From Candidatus Methanomethylophilaceae archaeon (GTDB lineage Archaea; Thermoplasmatota; Thermoplasmata; Methanomassiliicoccales; Methanomethylophilaceae): DNA of 64,000 nt. Below, piece by piece: positions 11,430-21,583 of this stretch (positions are counted from its first letter, which is position 1; each line of letters opens with the position of its first letter). A program made the position numbers and the translations under genes. The notes beneath the pieces were generated by a model. That model was not told where the DNA came from. It saw only the letters and a list, made by a program, of their open reading frames with translations, and made no database searches. The stretch covers positions 480,001-544,000 of the forward strand of contig JBMNHS010000001.1 in NCBI GenBank assembly GCA_050950505.1. Reading direction: 5' to 3'.

Positions 11430-12359
11430 TCACTCTGTGAGAACTTCCCGCACAGTCTCTCTCACGGCCTGTTCGGAATCAAATTTAAATTTCCAACCGT
11501 TGGCTTCCGCCTTGGAAATGTCGTATGAAAATGTGGAGACGTCTCCTTTCCAACCTATGGAGCCGCCCGTATATTTGTATTGAACATCTTTCAGTCCCAT
11601 ACCCTCACACACTATGTCGGCTATTCTGTTAACATTGATAAAGGAATTCGTCGAAATGTTGTATACGTCCATACCGCCCCCGATATTTTGGGAGAAGGAC
11701 ATGATACCTTCTGCAAGATCGGTAACGTGGACGTACTGTTTCTTTTGAAGGCCGTCGCCCAATATTTCCAACTCTTCCGGATTTCTCTTCAATTTGTTGA
11801 TGAAGTCGAAAATAACCCCATGTGTAAGTCTGGAACCCACGACGTTGGGGAATCTGAATATGAGCGAATTCAATCCATACATATGAGTATAGGAAGAAAT
11901 CACGGCTTCGGAAGCAAGTTTGTAGGCGCCGTAATGGGATATTGGCTTCAAGTTGCCCTCATCTTCCTTAAGGTCGATACCGGGCTTATCGCCGTATATC
12001 GCCGAAGTGGAAGCGAAAAACAGATTTCCGATCTCGTTTTTAACTATGGCATCAAGAACATTCTTGGTGGTCATGAATGTATTTTTGAAATCGACTTCGG
12101 AATTTTCACTTCCTGCACGTATATCCGAATTTGCCGCAAGATGGAATACAAAATCGCATCCCTTCGATATCTCAATCAGTTCATCGATATTGTTTATATC
12201 CATTTTTTGAAATTCGAATGACTCATTGTCCGTAAGATGATCTATATTTCCAGTATCATCCGAGAAATCAATACTCACTATGTCCCAACCGTCTTCAATC
12301 AACAAATCTTCAAGATGGCTGGCTATGAACCCCGCTCCGCCCGTTACTAACGCCTTCAT
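11430..12359 (-). CDS. NAD-dependent NDP-sugar epimerase/dehydratase (GalE-like)
   Basis: VTGGAGFIAS, HLAAN, ASTSAIYG, YGAYK. Confidence 0.9.
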   Translation of the reverse strand: MKALVTGGAGFIASHLEDLLIEDGWDIVSIDFSDDTGNIDHLTDNESFEFQKMDINNIDELIEISKGCDFVFHLAANSDIRAGSENSEVDFKNTFMTTKNVLDAIVKNEIGNLFFASTSAIYGDKPGIDLKEDEGNLKPISHYGAYKLASEAVISSYTHMYGLNSLIFRFPNVVGSRLTHGVIFDFINKLKRNPEELEILGDGLQKKQYVHVTDLAEGIMSFSQNIGGGMDVYNISTNSFINVNRIADIVCEGMGLKDVQYKYTGGSIGWKGDVSTFSYDISKAEANGWKFKFDSEQAVRETVREVLTE

Positions 12360-13348
12360 ATTTTTCGCACTCTTGTATCAAACAATCTGTTATCTCTGTA
12401 ATACACGAACTTCAAATACATATTAAGAGCCAGGTGGTATGTCGACGGAGAAAGGCTTACCCACAGATGGTCCCATGACAGGGGATCTCTCATATGTTTG
12501 TTCCTCATTTCCTTGCATTCGTCGCTTTTTATGTATTTGATAAAATGGTTTCTGTCCATATGTCCGGCTGAACGGACCCTCATGATTGCCGAGCGCCTTG
12601 AGAATATTTCACCGAACCATGATTTTCTGAAATGTTCCTCAAGTTCGCCGTACACCCGTACTTCCCAGTTGCCCACGTCGTTGGGTCTTGAAGAGCAAAT
12701 CGAAAGGGGATTCTGATAATAGAGGTACATCGGCCTGTCGTAATACACAAGAGTATCGCACATTTCCATTGCACGGTATGTATGATTCACATCTTCGGCA
12801 TATCCTCCGTGATGGAAACGCAAATCATTATCCATCAAAAAATCCCGTCTGTGAACCATGGACCACGCCGTAACAGGAATCTGCTCGAGACTCCGTTCAA
12901 TCAGAGCTTCTTTGTTGCTCAGAACTCTGACTTTAAAGTTGCCCTTCGGCTCCGGAGTGTCAATGTCAAATGAGCGAATGAAGTTACACTGCACAATTTC
13001 AGCTTTGTATTTGTCTGCCAATTCAACCATTGTCGAGACAAACTCAGGATACGGACGATCATCTGCGTCGAGAAACCATACATATTTCCCTGAGGAATTT
13101 TCAAGACCGATGTTCCGGGCTTCGCCCAACCTCCCGTCTCCCGTCTGGATTATGGATTTACAGTTCAGTCCTTCTGAAAATCGGGAAATCAATTCCAAGG
13201 TGTCATCCGTGGTCTTGCCGTCAACAACAAAAACAATCTCAAAATCATCAAATTTTTGTTCTCTCAGATATCCGATTATACGCTCTACGTTATCGGATTC
13301 GTTATAAGCAGGTATAACCACACTCAGACAGACCACATCAATCCCCAT
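12356..13348 (-). CDS. GT2 glycosyltransferase (start approximate)
   Basis: SVVIPAYN, ARNIGL, FLDADD, AED motif. Confidence 0.85.
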   Translation of the reverse strand: MGIDVVCLSVVIPAYNESDNVERIIGYLREQKFDDFEIVFVVDGKTTDDTLELISRFSEGLNCKSIIQTGDGRLGEARNIGLENSSGKYVWFLDADDRPYPEFVSTMVELADKYKAEIVQCNFIRSFDIDTPEPKGNFKVRVLSNKEALIERSLEQIPVTAWSMVHRRDFLMDNDLRFHHGGYAEDVNHTYRAMEMCDTLVYYDRPMYLYYQNPLSICSSRPNDVGNWEVRVYGELEEHFRKSWFGEIFSRRSAIMRVRSAGHMDRNHFIKYIKSDECKEMRNKHMRDPLSWDHLWVSLSPSTYHLALNMYLKFVYYRDNRLFDTRVRKI

Positions 13349-13466
13349 CCTGTTCTGGTATGTAGATGCAGTCATTATTAAATCTATTTCCATATTCATG
13401 GTTGAACAAGTGGAATCTGATTTTTCGGTCAAGAGCGAAATCAGTCAAGACGCATGAGACAATATT

Positions 13467-14516
13467 ATGAAAACAGACGTGGTAATACTCAGACGCTAGC
13501 TCAATAAAACAAACAAAGTCACAGGAGTCAGCGTGTACACAGATATGATAAAAACACTTCTCGATTCTAACAAATTGACATCGGAAGACGTGTGTTTTAA
13601 ACTGTCCTCCGACGAAGGATATGCAAAATGCGTAACTCAGGGACTGATTATTCCGATACGGGATTTGAAAAAACAAAAGGGAAGGATATATCACGCAACC
13701 GACGAACTGTGTTGTATAGGTTATCCATTTTTCAAGGGTAAGAAAATAACCACATTCCATCATATTCCCAAGAAAACAGTAAAAGACGGTTATTCTCCCC
13801 TGTTGTACAGAGTATGGAAGGCCGCTGCGAAAAACGCCATAAAGTATTCAGATGCGATTATCTCCGTATCTGAGCAAACCAAAGACGAACTTGTTGAATT
13901 CATGGGAGCGGATCCGAATAAGATTTTTGTCTTGGAACACCGAGCCGATTCCTTTTTCCAAGATTTGGGCAGACCCAGAAAAAAATTGATAGGATATGTG
14001 GGCACACTGATTGAACGAAAAAATGTGGAATCGGGTGTATTGGCTTTCAAATCATTCATCGAAATGCAGGACGCCGGGGATTACAATCTGGTTATTTGCG
14101 GAGAAGGGCCTCTTAAGGAGGATCTCAATAAACTTGCGGATTCTTTGGATATATCGGACAGAGTGTCTTTTATTTCCAACATTTCTAAAACTGAATTAAG
14201 AGATTTGTACAACGACATGGCCGTGTTCATCAATCCCTCTTTCCACGAGGGGCTGGGGCTTACCGCAATGGAAGCTCAGGCATGCGGAACACCGGTGGTT
14301 TACTTCAGAGACGCTGAAATCCCGCCGGAAGTATCCAAAGGATACGTTCCTTCCGATGACGTAGAGGATTTTGCAAAGAACATCCATAGGCTGGTGACCG
14401 ATACCGATTTCAGAAACAAGTTCAAGATTGTGCCAAAATCGGGATTGAGCGATGAAGAGTATGCCAAAAAATTGTTTGAAATCTATTCTGTTGTTTCCGG
14501 TGAAGAATTTCCTTGA
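13467..14516 (+). CDS. GT4 glycosyltransferase, with in-frame TAG at codon 11
   Basis: MKTDVVILRR*LNKTNKVTGVSVY supplies the N-terminal beta strand; VGTLIERKN, EGLGLTAMEAQACGTPVV. Confidence 0.8.
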
Positions 14517-14605
14517 TATCAGTTCTCGGTATTTTATGAAAAAACAGGCATATTTCAAAACGAAGTGTATTAAAAGATAATATACTGAAAATCGGATTGA
14601 GTCTT

Positions 14606-15592
14606 ATGATTATCACTCGTACCCCTCTCCGAATAAGTTTTTCGGGAGGAGGCAGCGATCTTCCGTCTTTTTACAGAAAACATGGAGGATGCACTGTAAG
14701 CACTACGATTGACAAATACATTTACCTGACACTTCAGGATTCATTTACCCCCGGAATATCAACAATAAAGTATTCCAAAGTTGAAAGTTTTGAAAATGTC
14801 AATGAAATAAACCATCCGATTTTCAGAGAATGTATGCTTAGTTTTGATGCGGATTCATTGGAAATGTCAAGTATGGCGGACATACCCGCCGGAACGGGAT
14901 TGGGCTCTTCGAGTTCATTTACGGTAGGATTGATTAACCTTATGAGCCGGTATAAAAATTTAGATTATGACAAGGAACTACTGGCTCAACTTGCATGTGA
15001 GTTGGAGATAAACCGATTAGGTGAACCCATAGGGAAACAGGACCAGTATGCTGCCGCATACGGAGGATTGAACTATTACAGATTCAACCAGGACGATACG
15101 GTCGATGTAATTCCGGTCAATCTATCCGTTAAAAATATGGAAAAGCTGAATGAAAATTTGATTCTGATGTACACGGGAATCACTCGAAGCGCTTCCGAGA
15201 TACTTGTAAAGCAGGACTCGAACATTGAAAAGGGCACGGGCGCCGATAAAAATCTGTTGGAGATGTGCGATCTCACAAACAACCTGTTCAAAGATCTGGA
15301 AAGGGGAAACATAAGTGCTATGGGAGACATTCTGGACAAAGGATGGAATCTGAAGAAGACTTTGGCCGAAGGAATATCTTCCGACGGAATAAACCGTGCA
15401 TACAGAGCGGCAATGGATGCGGGGGCGCAAGGCGGAAAACTTTTGGGAGCGGGGGGAGGGGGCTTCATGTTGTTTTATGCAGACAAAGAATTTCACGGAG
15501 AAATTGAAAAGAGTCTTCCGGGATACAGAAGAACGCCATTCAGATTTGATGACACAGGTTCGATAATGATATACAACGGCAATACTCAATGA
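14606..15592 (+). CDS. hddA: D-glycero-D-manno-heptose-7-phosphate kinase (GHMP family, HddA-like)
   Basis: RTPLRISFSGGGSD, PAGTGLGSSS, GKQDQYAAAYGG, GGKLLGAGGGG. Confidence 0.82.
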   Translation: MIITRTPLRISFSGGGSDLPSFYRKHGGCTVSTTIDKYIYLTLQDSFTPGISTIKYSKVESFENVNEINHPIFRECMLSFDADSLEMSSMADIPAGTGLGSSSSFTVGLINLMSRYKNLDYDKELLAQLACELEINRLGEPIGKQDQYAAAYGGLNYYRFNQDDTVDVIPVNLSVKNMEKLNENLILMYTGITRSASEILVKQDSNIEKGTGADKNLLEMCDLTNNLFKDLERGNISAMGDILDKGWNLKKTLAEGISSDGINRAYRAAMDAGAQGGKLLGAGGGGFMLFYADKEFHGEIEKSLPGYRRTPFRFDDTGSIMIYNGNTQ

Positions 15593-15604
15593 CGGAACAG
15601 GGTG

Positions 15605-16189
15605 ATGACAATGGATTTTTCTCAGGATTTAAAAAATTATTTTGACAAAATGAAAACAGTAATCGACAGTATAGATTCCGAACAGGTTCAATCCGCAATG
15701 GATGCAATCATGGATGCTTATCGCAGAAATTCCACCGTATTTATTTTCGGTAATGGCGGCAGCGCGTCCACGGCATCCCATATTGTTTGTGATTTCAACA
15801 AAGGAATTTCCATGGGACTCGATGATAAGTTCAATTTTGTATGTCTGAATGACAACATTGCCACAATGATGGCGATATCCAACGATATCAGTTATGACAA
15901 AGTTTTCTCCATCCAATTGGAAGGAAGATTGAAGAAAGGAGATCTGGTGTTCGGAATATCCGGCAGCGGCAATTCCAAAAATGTGATAAATGCAGTGGAA
16001 TACGCAAAATCACGGGGTAACGAAGCAGTCTCCCTCACAGGATACGATGGCGGAAAATTAAATGAATTATCGGATTATCCCATACATGTGCCTGTCAACG
16101 ACATGCAAAAGGCCGAGGATTCACACATGATGATTCTGCACGCTATGGCTCAAGTCATAGCGAAGAATCTTGGAAATCCGATGTGTTGA
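15605..16189 (+). CDS. gmhA: Sedoheptulose-7-phosphate isomerase (SIS domain)
   Basis: GNGGSASTASH, AISND, ISGSGNSKNV, LTGYDGG, EDSH. Confidence 0.85.
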   Translation: MTMDFSQDLKNYFDKMKTVIDSIDSEQVQSAMDAIMDAYRRNSTVFIFGNGGSASTASHIVCDFNKGISMGLDDKFNFVCLNDNIATMMAISNDISYDKVFSIQLEGRLKKGDLVFGISGSGNSKNVINAVEYAKSRGNEAVSLTGYDGGKLNELSDYPIHVPVNDMQKAEDSHMMILHAMAQVIAKNLGNPMC

Positions 16190-16196
16190 ATAACAA

Positions 16197-16466
16197 TCAG
16201 ATGTTTGTCATCGAAACACATTCGACGTTTTCAACGTCGTCAATGGAACGAAGACCGTCTTCTATTTTGGATCCTATGTTTTCGTCAGAATCGTCGATAA
16301 GCAATCCGACGGAAACCTTTTTGAGGCCGAACGCAACCGGTTCTATTGAGGATTCGGTTATTTCAACACCTTCGGGAAGAACGTCCTTCACGGCGCTCTG
16401 TATGGCCTCGACGTCCGCTTCGGTGCCGTTGGGGAATATCTCGTACCCTGCAACAATCTGTGCCAT
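16197..16466 (-). CDS. ef1b: Archaeal elongation factor 1-beta
   Basis: EPVAFGLKK motif, 89 aa, next to a zinc-ribbon gene. Confidence 0.92.
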   Translation of the reverse strand: MAQIVAGYEIFPNGTEADVEAIQSAVKDVLPEGVEITESSIEPVAFGLKKVSVGLLIDDSDENIGSKIEDGLRSIDDVENVECVSMTNI

Positions 16467-16475
16467 GCCTTTACC

Positions 16476-16640
16476 TCACGGTCCGACGAATCCGCATTTC
16501 TTGCATTCGTACTCAATGCCCTGATCGCGGCACTGAGCGCATCTTCCGACTTCATCGTCCCCGCATTTGGGGCATTTGAAGAATGTATTGCCTCTTCCGG
16601 TGAGTCTTACGCCGCAGGAAGAGCATATTTTATCTGCCAT
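16476..16640 (-). CDS. Small zinc-finger protein (HVO_2753/DUF1610-like), 54 aa, absent from ORF track
   Basis: MADKICSSCG...FKCPKCG...RCAQCR...YECKKCGFVGP with four CxxC; usual position upstream of EF-1beta. Confidence 0.88.
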   Translation of the reverse strand: MADKICSSCGVRLTGRGNTFFKCPKCGDDEVGRCAQCRDQGIEYECKKCGFVGP

Positions 16641-16722
16641 GCGGGTGCGATACTTTTCTTTATATTTAAACCGAGCACAAGAACAACGGAAAGCCTATCA
16701 ACTAATCCGCGGTATCGATGTT

Positions 16723-17589
16723 ATGAACATCAGTTCCGATTGTGTCCCGTGTTTGCTGAAAAGAGTTTTGTTCCAGGCACGCTTGGCAGACAATGATTCG
16801 GAATTCAACGCATTGTCGGCAGCATTATCCACATTCTCCGAAGAATACGAAGAAGGAAGAAACTCGGCCGAGGTTGCGACGGCAGTGCATACCGTCGCTT
16901 ACAAAGCCATGGGCATCTCCGATCCGTACAAGGGATTGAAAATCATCGCAGACGAAGTAGCGGGAAATCTCTTGGATAAAGCGCAGGAGTATGTCGAATC
17001 ATCCGATAACCGTCTGAGGGCGGCAATGACCGTGGCGATAATCGGCAACATAATGGATTTCGGACAAACAACATCGATAGATCACCCGGATCTCTTCACG
17101 GATCTTTTCGAAGAATTGTTGGAACAGGGCATAGATTCCGACGATACCGAAATTGTCGAAGAGTGTCTGAGAAAACCGGGCGACATATTGTATGTTTTTG
17201 ACAACAGCGGAGAGAGCCAGCTTGATAAAATATTGATCAGAGAACTGAAGTCCAGAGGCAAACACGTCATAGGCGTGGTCAGAGGTGCTCCGATACTCAA
17301 CGACGTAACCATGGAGGATGCATCGCGGTCGGGTTTGGACAAAGAACTTGACGATATAATCAGTACTGAAAAATTCGCAATCGGGATTCCCATGAAAATT
17401 GAAAAAGACTTATCCGAAGCCTTATCGAAAACATCTTTCATAATTGCGAAAGGAATGGCAAATTTCGAATCCATGGAAGGAAGGGATTTCGGAGTGCCGG
17501 TGGCATTCCTCTTAAGGGCGAAATGTGTGCCGGTGGCAAACGCGTTGGGTGTGGATGTCGGTACGAATGTCGCCCGCGTCGCCGTATGA
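16723..17589 (+). CDS. Damage-control phosphatase, ARMT1/DUF89 family
   Basis: CVPC, GNIMDFG, DNSGE, PILNDVT, AKGMANFES, AKC. Confidence 0.88.
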   Translation: MNISSDCVPCLLKRVLFQARLADNDSEFNALSAALSTFSEEYEEGRNSAEVATAVHTVAYKAMGISDPYKGLKIIADEVAGNLLDKAQEYVESSDNRLRAAMTVAIIGNIMDFGQTTSIDHPDLFTDLFEELLEQGIDSDDTEIVEECLRKPGDILYVFDNSGESQLDKILIRELKSRGKHVIGVVRGAPILNDVTMEDASRSGLDKELDDIISTEKFAIGIPMKIEKDLSEALSKTSFIIAKGMANFESMEGRDFGVPVAFLLRAKCVPVANALGVDVGTNVARVAV

Positions 17590-17628
17590 ATGCAATTAAT
17601 ATCAAAAGTACATTCAGGATTGATACCC

Positions 17629-18666
17629 ATGTCAGACAAAGTAACTCAAGCCGTCATTATGGTCGGAGGCAAAGGTACGAGGTTGAGGCCGCTCACGGAG
17701 ACCTGCCCAAAACCTCTGCTTCCGGTACTTGACAAACCCTGTCTCATGTATCTCATTGAGAATCTGGCATCATCGGGGATCGATGAAATAATATTGGCTT
17801 GCGGTTACAGATCCGCTCAACTCGTTGAAACCATAGGTGACGGTTCCGAACTGGGCATAAAAATAACCTATTCTTTTGAAGACGAGCCTCTCGGCACTGC
17901 GGGGGCAATAAAGAAAGTCGAAAGCAAATTGGACGAAACCTTCGTCGCAATGAACGGGGACGTGTTTTCCCACATAGATGTATCCGAAGCGGTCAAAGAA
18001 CATTTCGCTTCGGGTGCGACAGTGACAATTTCTCTGACGGAAGTCAAAAATCCCTGTGAATACGGAATAGCCAGAGTGGAAGATGACGGAAGAATATCCG
18101 AATTCAGAGAAAAACCGAAGCCTGAGGAAGTATTCTCAAATCTCATAAACGCAGGCACATACGTGGTTCAGAAAGAAGTTTTGAAATACGTTCCCGATGA
18201 GGGTCAATACGACTTCTCCAAAGAACTTGTCCCGGATCTTATGAAAAAGGGATATCGGGTACAGGGTTACAGATACACCGGACCTTGGTTGGACGTCGGC
18301 CGTCCTTCCGATCTTATCGGCGCCAATAAAATGGCTGCCGACCGAAATCCTATGATTCCGGGCATGAAAAAGGAATTGGCCGGCTCATCCGTCGAAGGAC
18401 CGTTTTACCTTGGTGACGGATCCGTCATGACGGGCACACTATCCAGTTCTTCATTCATTCATAAAAACTGCACCGTGGAAGATTCCGATTTGTCGAACTC
18501 ACTGGTAATGGAAGGATGCACCGTAAAATCTTCCGGACTGCATAACAGCATCCTGGGCAAAGGATGTGAAATAATGCCGGGTTCCGTCATTGAAGACTCG
18601 GTGCTCGGTGACGGTGAAAAAGTACCAGAAAACACTAAAATCGTAAGAAATGAGGTGATTCATTGA
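17629..18666 (+). CDS. NDP-sugar nucleotidyltransferase (mannose/heptose-1-phosphate guanylyltransferase-like)
   Basis: GGKGTRLRPLT..PKP, EPLGTAGA, NGD, EKP, WLDVG, C-terminal hexapeptide repeats. Confidence 0.85.
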   Translation: MSDKVTQAVIMVGGKGTRLRPLTETCPKPLLPVLDKPCLMYLIENLASSGIDEIILACGYRSAQLVETIGDGSELGIKITYSFEDEPLGTAGAIKKVESKLDETFVAMNGDVFSHIDVSEAVKEHFASGATVTISLTEVKNPCEYGIARVEDDGRISEFREKPKPEEVFSNLINAGTYVVQKEVLKYVPDEGQYDFSKELVPDLMKKGYRVQGYRYTGPWLDVGRPSDLIGANKMAADRNPMIPGMKKELAGSSVEGPFYLGDGSVMTGTLSSSSFIHKNCTVEDSDLSNSLVMEGCTVKSSGLHNSILGKGCEIMPGSVIEDSVLGDGEKVPENTKIVRNEVIH

Positions 18667-19670
18667 AATATATCCGTTCGAGGGCTCCTCTGAGAATCGG
18701 GTTGGCCGGCGGAGGCACGGACGTAGATCCGTACGCGTCCGAAAAAGGCGGAGCCGTGTTCAACACGACGATAAACAAGTACGCATACTGTACTATAATT
18801 CCCAACGGCACCAAGAACATATCCGTGGAATCCGCGAATTACGGAATGTATGAAACATCTCTCGACGGCGGACCTCTGCCTCTCGACGGAAACATGGATT
18901 TGGTAAAGGCGGTGCTTAACCATTTTGAAATCCGGGACGGGTTCAGAATGCTTCTTCAGTCCGATTCGCCCCCGGGTTCGGGATTGGGAGGGTCTTCCAC
19001 GGTCATAGTGGCCGCCATTGCCGCAGTTGCGGAATGGACGGGAGAAAAGCTGACAAGCAGCGAATTGGCAAATCTGGCATACAAGCTTGAAAGGGAAGAC
19101 ATCGGACTCAAAGGCGGCAAACAGGACCAGTACGCCGCGGTGTTCGGCGGATTCAATCTGATGAAGTTCAGGAACGAAGGCGTTGATGTGAACAGAATCA
19201 AAATCAAAGAACATACGCTGAACGAACTGCAATACCGTTCCGTATTGTGCTATACCGGAAAGACCCGCGAATCCGCGAACATCATCGATTCCCAGATGAA
19301 AAGGTTTGAAAAGGGAGACAACGAAGAAGCCCTGGATCTGACAAAGGAAATGGCAATGGACATGGCGATGGCTTTGGAAAAAGGCGACATTGAAGAAACG
19401 GCCCGTTTATTGGATCTCGGTTGGGATTACAAAAAACAATTTTCCGATAAAATAACAAATCCGGAAATTGACAAACTGTACAATGCCGCCAAAGATTCCG
19501 GGGCCATCGGAGGCAAGGTTTCCGGTGCCGGAGGCGGCGGATTCATGTTTTTCATATGCGATTATGACAAAAAGTTCGTGGTATCCGAGAAATTGACGAA
19601 ACTCGGTGCTAAAGTAACGGATTTTATGTTTGAGCCCGAAGGTGTCGTCACATGGAGGTCGGAAGAATGA
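18663..19670 (+). CDS. hddA: Second HddA-like heptose-7-phosphate kinase (GHMP family)
   Basis: RAPLRIGLAGGGTD, PPGSGLGGSS, GKQDQYAA, GKVSGAGGGG. Confidence 0.82.
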   Translation: MKYIRSRAPLRIGLAGGGTDVDPYASEKGGAVFNTTINKYAYCTIIPNGTKNISVESANYGMYETSLDGGPLPLDGNMDLVKAVLNHFEIRDGFRMLLQSDSPPGSGLGGSSTVIVAAIAAVAEWTGEKLTSSELANLAYKLEREDIGLKGGKQDQYAAVFGGFNLMKFRNEGVDVNRIKIKEHTLNELQYRSVLCYTGKTRESANIIDSQMKRFEKGDNEEALDLTKEMAMDMAMALEKGDIEETARLLDLGWDYKKQFSDKITNPEIDKLYNAAKDSGAIGGKVSGAGGGGFMFFICDYDKKFVVSEKLTKLGAKVTDFMFEPEGVVTWRSEE

Positions 19671-20698
19671 ATGAGTTACTGACTGCGGAATTTGAACAGA
19701 GCGCATCTGTAATACGAAAGTTGGACACTGCAAGCGTCGTTAAAGTGGCCGATGCAATAACATCCTCGCTCAAAAAGGGCGGAAAAGCAATCTTCATGGG
19801 CAACGGCGGATCCGCCGCGGATGCGCAGCATATCGCCGCCGAATTGTCCGGACGTTACCTGATGGACCGTCCTGCCATGGCGGGTATGGCACTGTCCAAT
19901 GTCGTGCCTATCACCGCGATAGGAAACGATTACGGTTACGAATTCGTATTCAAACGTCAGATTGAATCAATCTGCAATGAAAATGATATCGTCATAGGAT
20001 TGTCAACGTCAGGCAATTCCGAAAATGTAATACTGGCTATTGATGCGGCAAAGGCCATCGGAGCCACAACGGTATCCTTCACAGGCAACGGAGGGAAGTT
20101 GAAAGACATTGTAGATATACCCGTCATCATAGATTCCAACGAAACTCCCAGAATTCAAGAAGGTTATTTTGTCGCATGTCACGCCATCTGCGGAATGGTC
20201 GAGCGTAATATGTACGGACCGAAAGCAGTATTCATAGACCGGGACGACACGATTTACGACGATGTCGGTTATTGCAGCAAGGCCGATGATTTCAACGTGT
20301 TCGATTACGTTCCGAAATCAATAGCGAAGCTGAACGAAGCGGGATATCTGGTAATCGTAATAACAAACCAATCCGGAATAAACAGAGGTTATTTCGATCT
20401 CGACACATTGAACGGCATCCATGATAAAATGATAAAACAGATATCTGCGGGCGGGGGAAAAATAGACGATATATTCTTCTGTCCACATCATCCCGATGAA
20501 AACTGTTCCTGCAGAAAACCTGAAATCGGCATGGGTTTGGACGCTGTCAAAAAGTACAAAATAAATCTGCGCGAATCATACATGATCGGAGATTCGGACA
20601 GGGACATGGGCTTCGGCGAAAGGCTGGGATGCAAAACAATCAAAGTCACAGACGATTTCACTTTCAAAGACGCAGTCAACCAAATATTATCTTCATAA
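19667..20698 (+). CDS. Fused phosphoheptose isomerase GmhA and heptose-bisphosphate phosphatase GmhB
   Basis: GNGGSAADAQH, IGNDYG, STSGNS, RIQE, then FIDRDDTI, TNQSG, CPHHP..CSCRKP, IGD. Confidence 0.88.
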   Translation: MNELLTAEFEQSASVIRKLDTASVVKVADAITSSLKKGGKAIFMGNGGSAADAQHIAAELSGRYLMDRPAMAGMALSNVVPITAIGNDYGYEFVFKRQIESICNENDIVIGLSTSGNSENVILAIDAAKAIGATTVSFTGNGGKLKDIVDIPVIIDSNETPRIQEGYFVACHAICGMVERNMYGPKAVFIDRDDTIYDDVGYCSKADDFNVFDYVPKSIAKLNEAGYLVIVITNQSGINRGYFDLDTLNGIHDKMIKQISAGGGKIDDIFFCPHHPDENCSCRKPEIGMGLDAVKKYKINLRESYMIGDSDRDMGFGERLGCKTIKVTDDFTFKDAVNQILSS

Positions 20699-21583
20699 TT
20701 TCTTTGTCGTTGACACAGGATTCCAGATGTTGGCGTCGCCTTTGTTTAATTTCACATGCAGTGAGGACACGGTTCTGGAGTAGGCTTCAAGCGATGCGGT
20801 GAAGAAAATTTTCAAAGGATGGAAGCCCATTTCGCGCACAGTTTCGAAAAGAGCCTCAGTTAACAATTTCATGTTCCAGGTGGGTATGTCATAGTCATAG
20901 TTCTTTTTCATATAACGTTCGCCGATGTTCACACGGATTCTCTGTTTCAAAAAATCAGATACGGTTTCAGGACCTCTGTTGTATACCACGGCATTCGGAG
21001 CGTACACGCCACGATATCCTATTTCTTCCAGCTTCATACGCAATATATCCTCATCGGATTGAGAATCGCACGGCAGTCGGGTACCTATATCTCTGAATGC
21101 GATGAGTTCTCCTATTTTCGGATACGTTGCAGATACATGATGATGCATAACCCAGAGCATGTTCGAAGCGAAGCCTGCAAGTGAATCTCTGTCATTCGTT
21201 GGAACGGGGTGGCCTCCGGTTATTCCAACCGAAGAATTTTCAAAAGGCGATATGAGTTCCTTGAGAGTGTTCGGACCGCCCAAGACATTGTCGGCGTTCA
21301 ACAATACGGTAATAGGGGCAGTTTTTTCATCCAAAAAATAATTTATCGCAGAATTTTTACCTTCTCTTGCGGCTTGCGGAAGGAGAATCAAATTATCGAA
21401 CTCAGAAATCAATTCTGAAACTATTTCATCGGTTTTGTCAGTACTGCCGCTCGATACAACAATAACCTCGGATACGTCGAACCCATCCGTATCCTGCCGG
21501 TATATCGAACGTATGGCCTGTTCAATATTCTTTTCTTCGTTATAGGCACAAATGCCTATGGATATTTTCATATCGGAATTCAT
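20693..21583 (-). CDS. GT2 glycosyltransferase
   Basis: ICAYNEEKNI, GSTDKT, NAD, QRIR. Confidence 0.82.
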   Translation of the reverse strand: MNSDMKISIGICAYNEEKNIEQAIRSIYRQDTDGFDVSEVIVVSSGSTDKTDEIVSELISEFDNLILLPQAAREGKNSAINYFLDEKTAPITVLLNADNVLGGPNTLKELISPFENSSVGITGGHPVPTNDRDSLAGFASNMLWVMHHHVSATYPKIGELIAFRDIGTRLPCDSQSDEDILRMKLEEIGYRGVYAPNAVVYNRGPETVSDFLKQRIRVNIGERYMKKNYDYDIPTWNMKLLTEALFETVREMGFHPLKIFFTASLEAYSRTVSSLHVKLNKGDANIWNPVSTTKKL

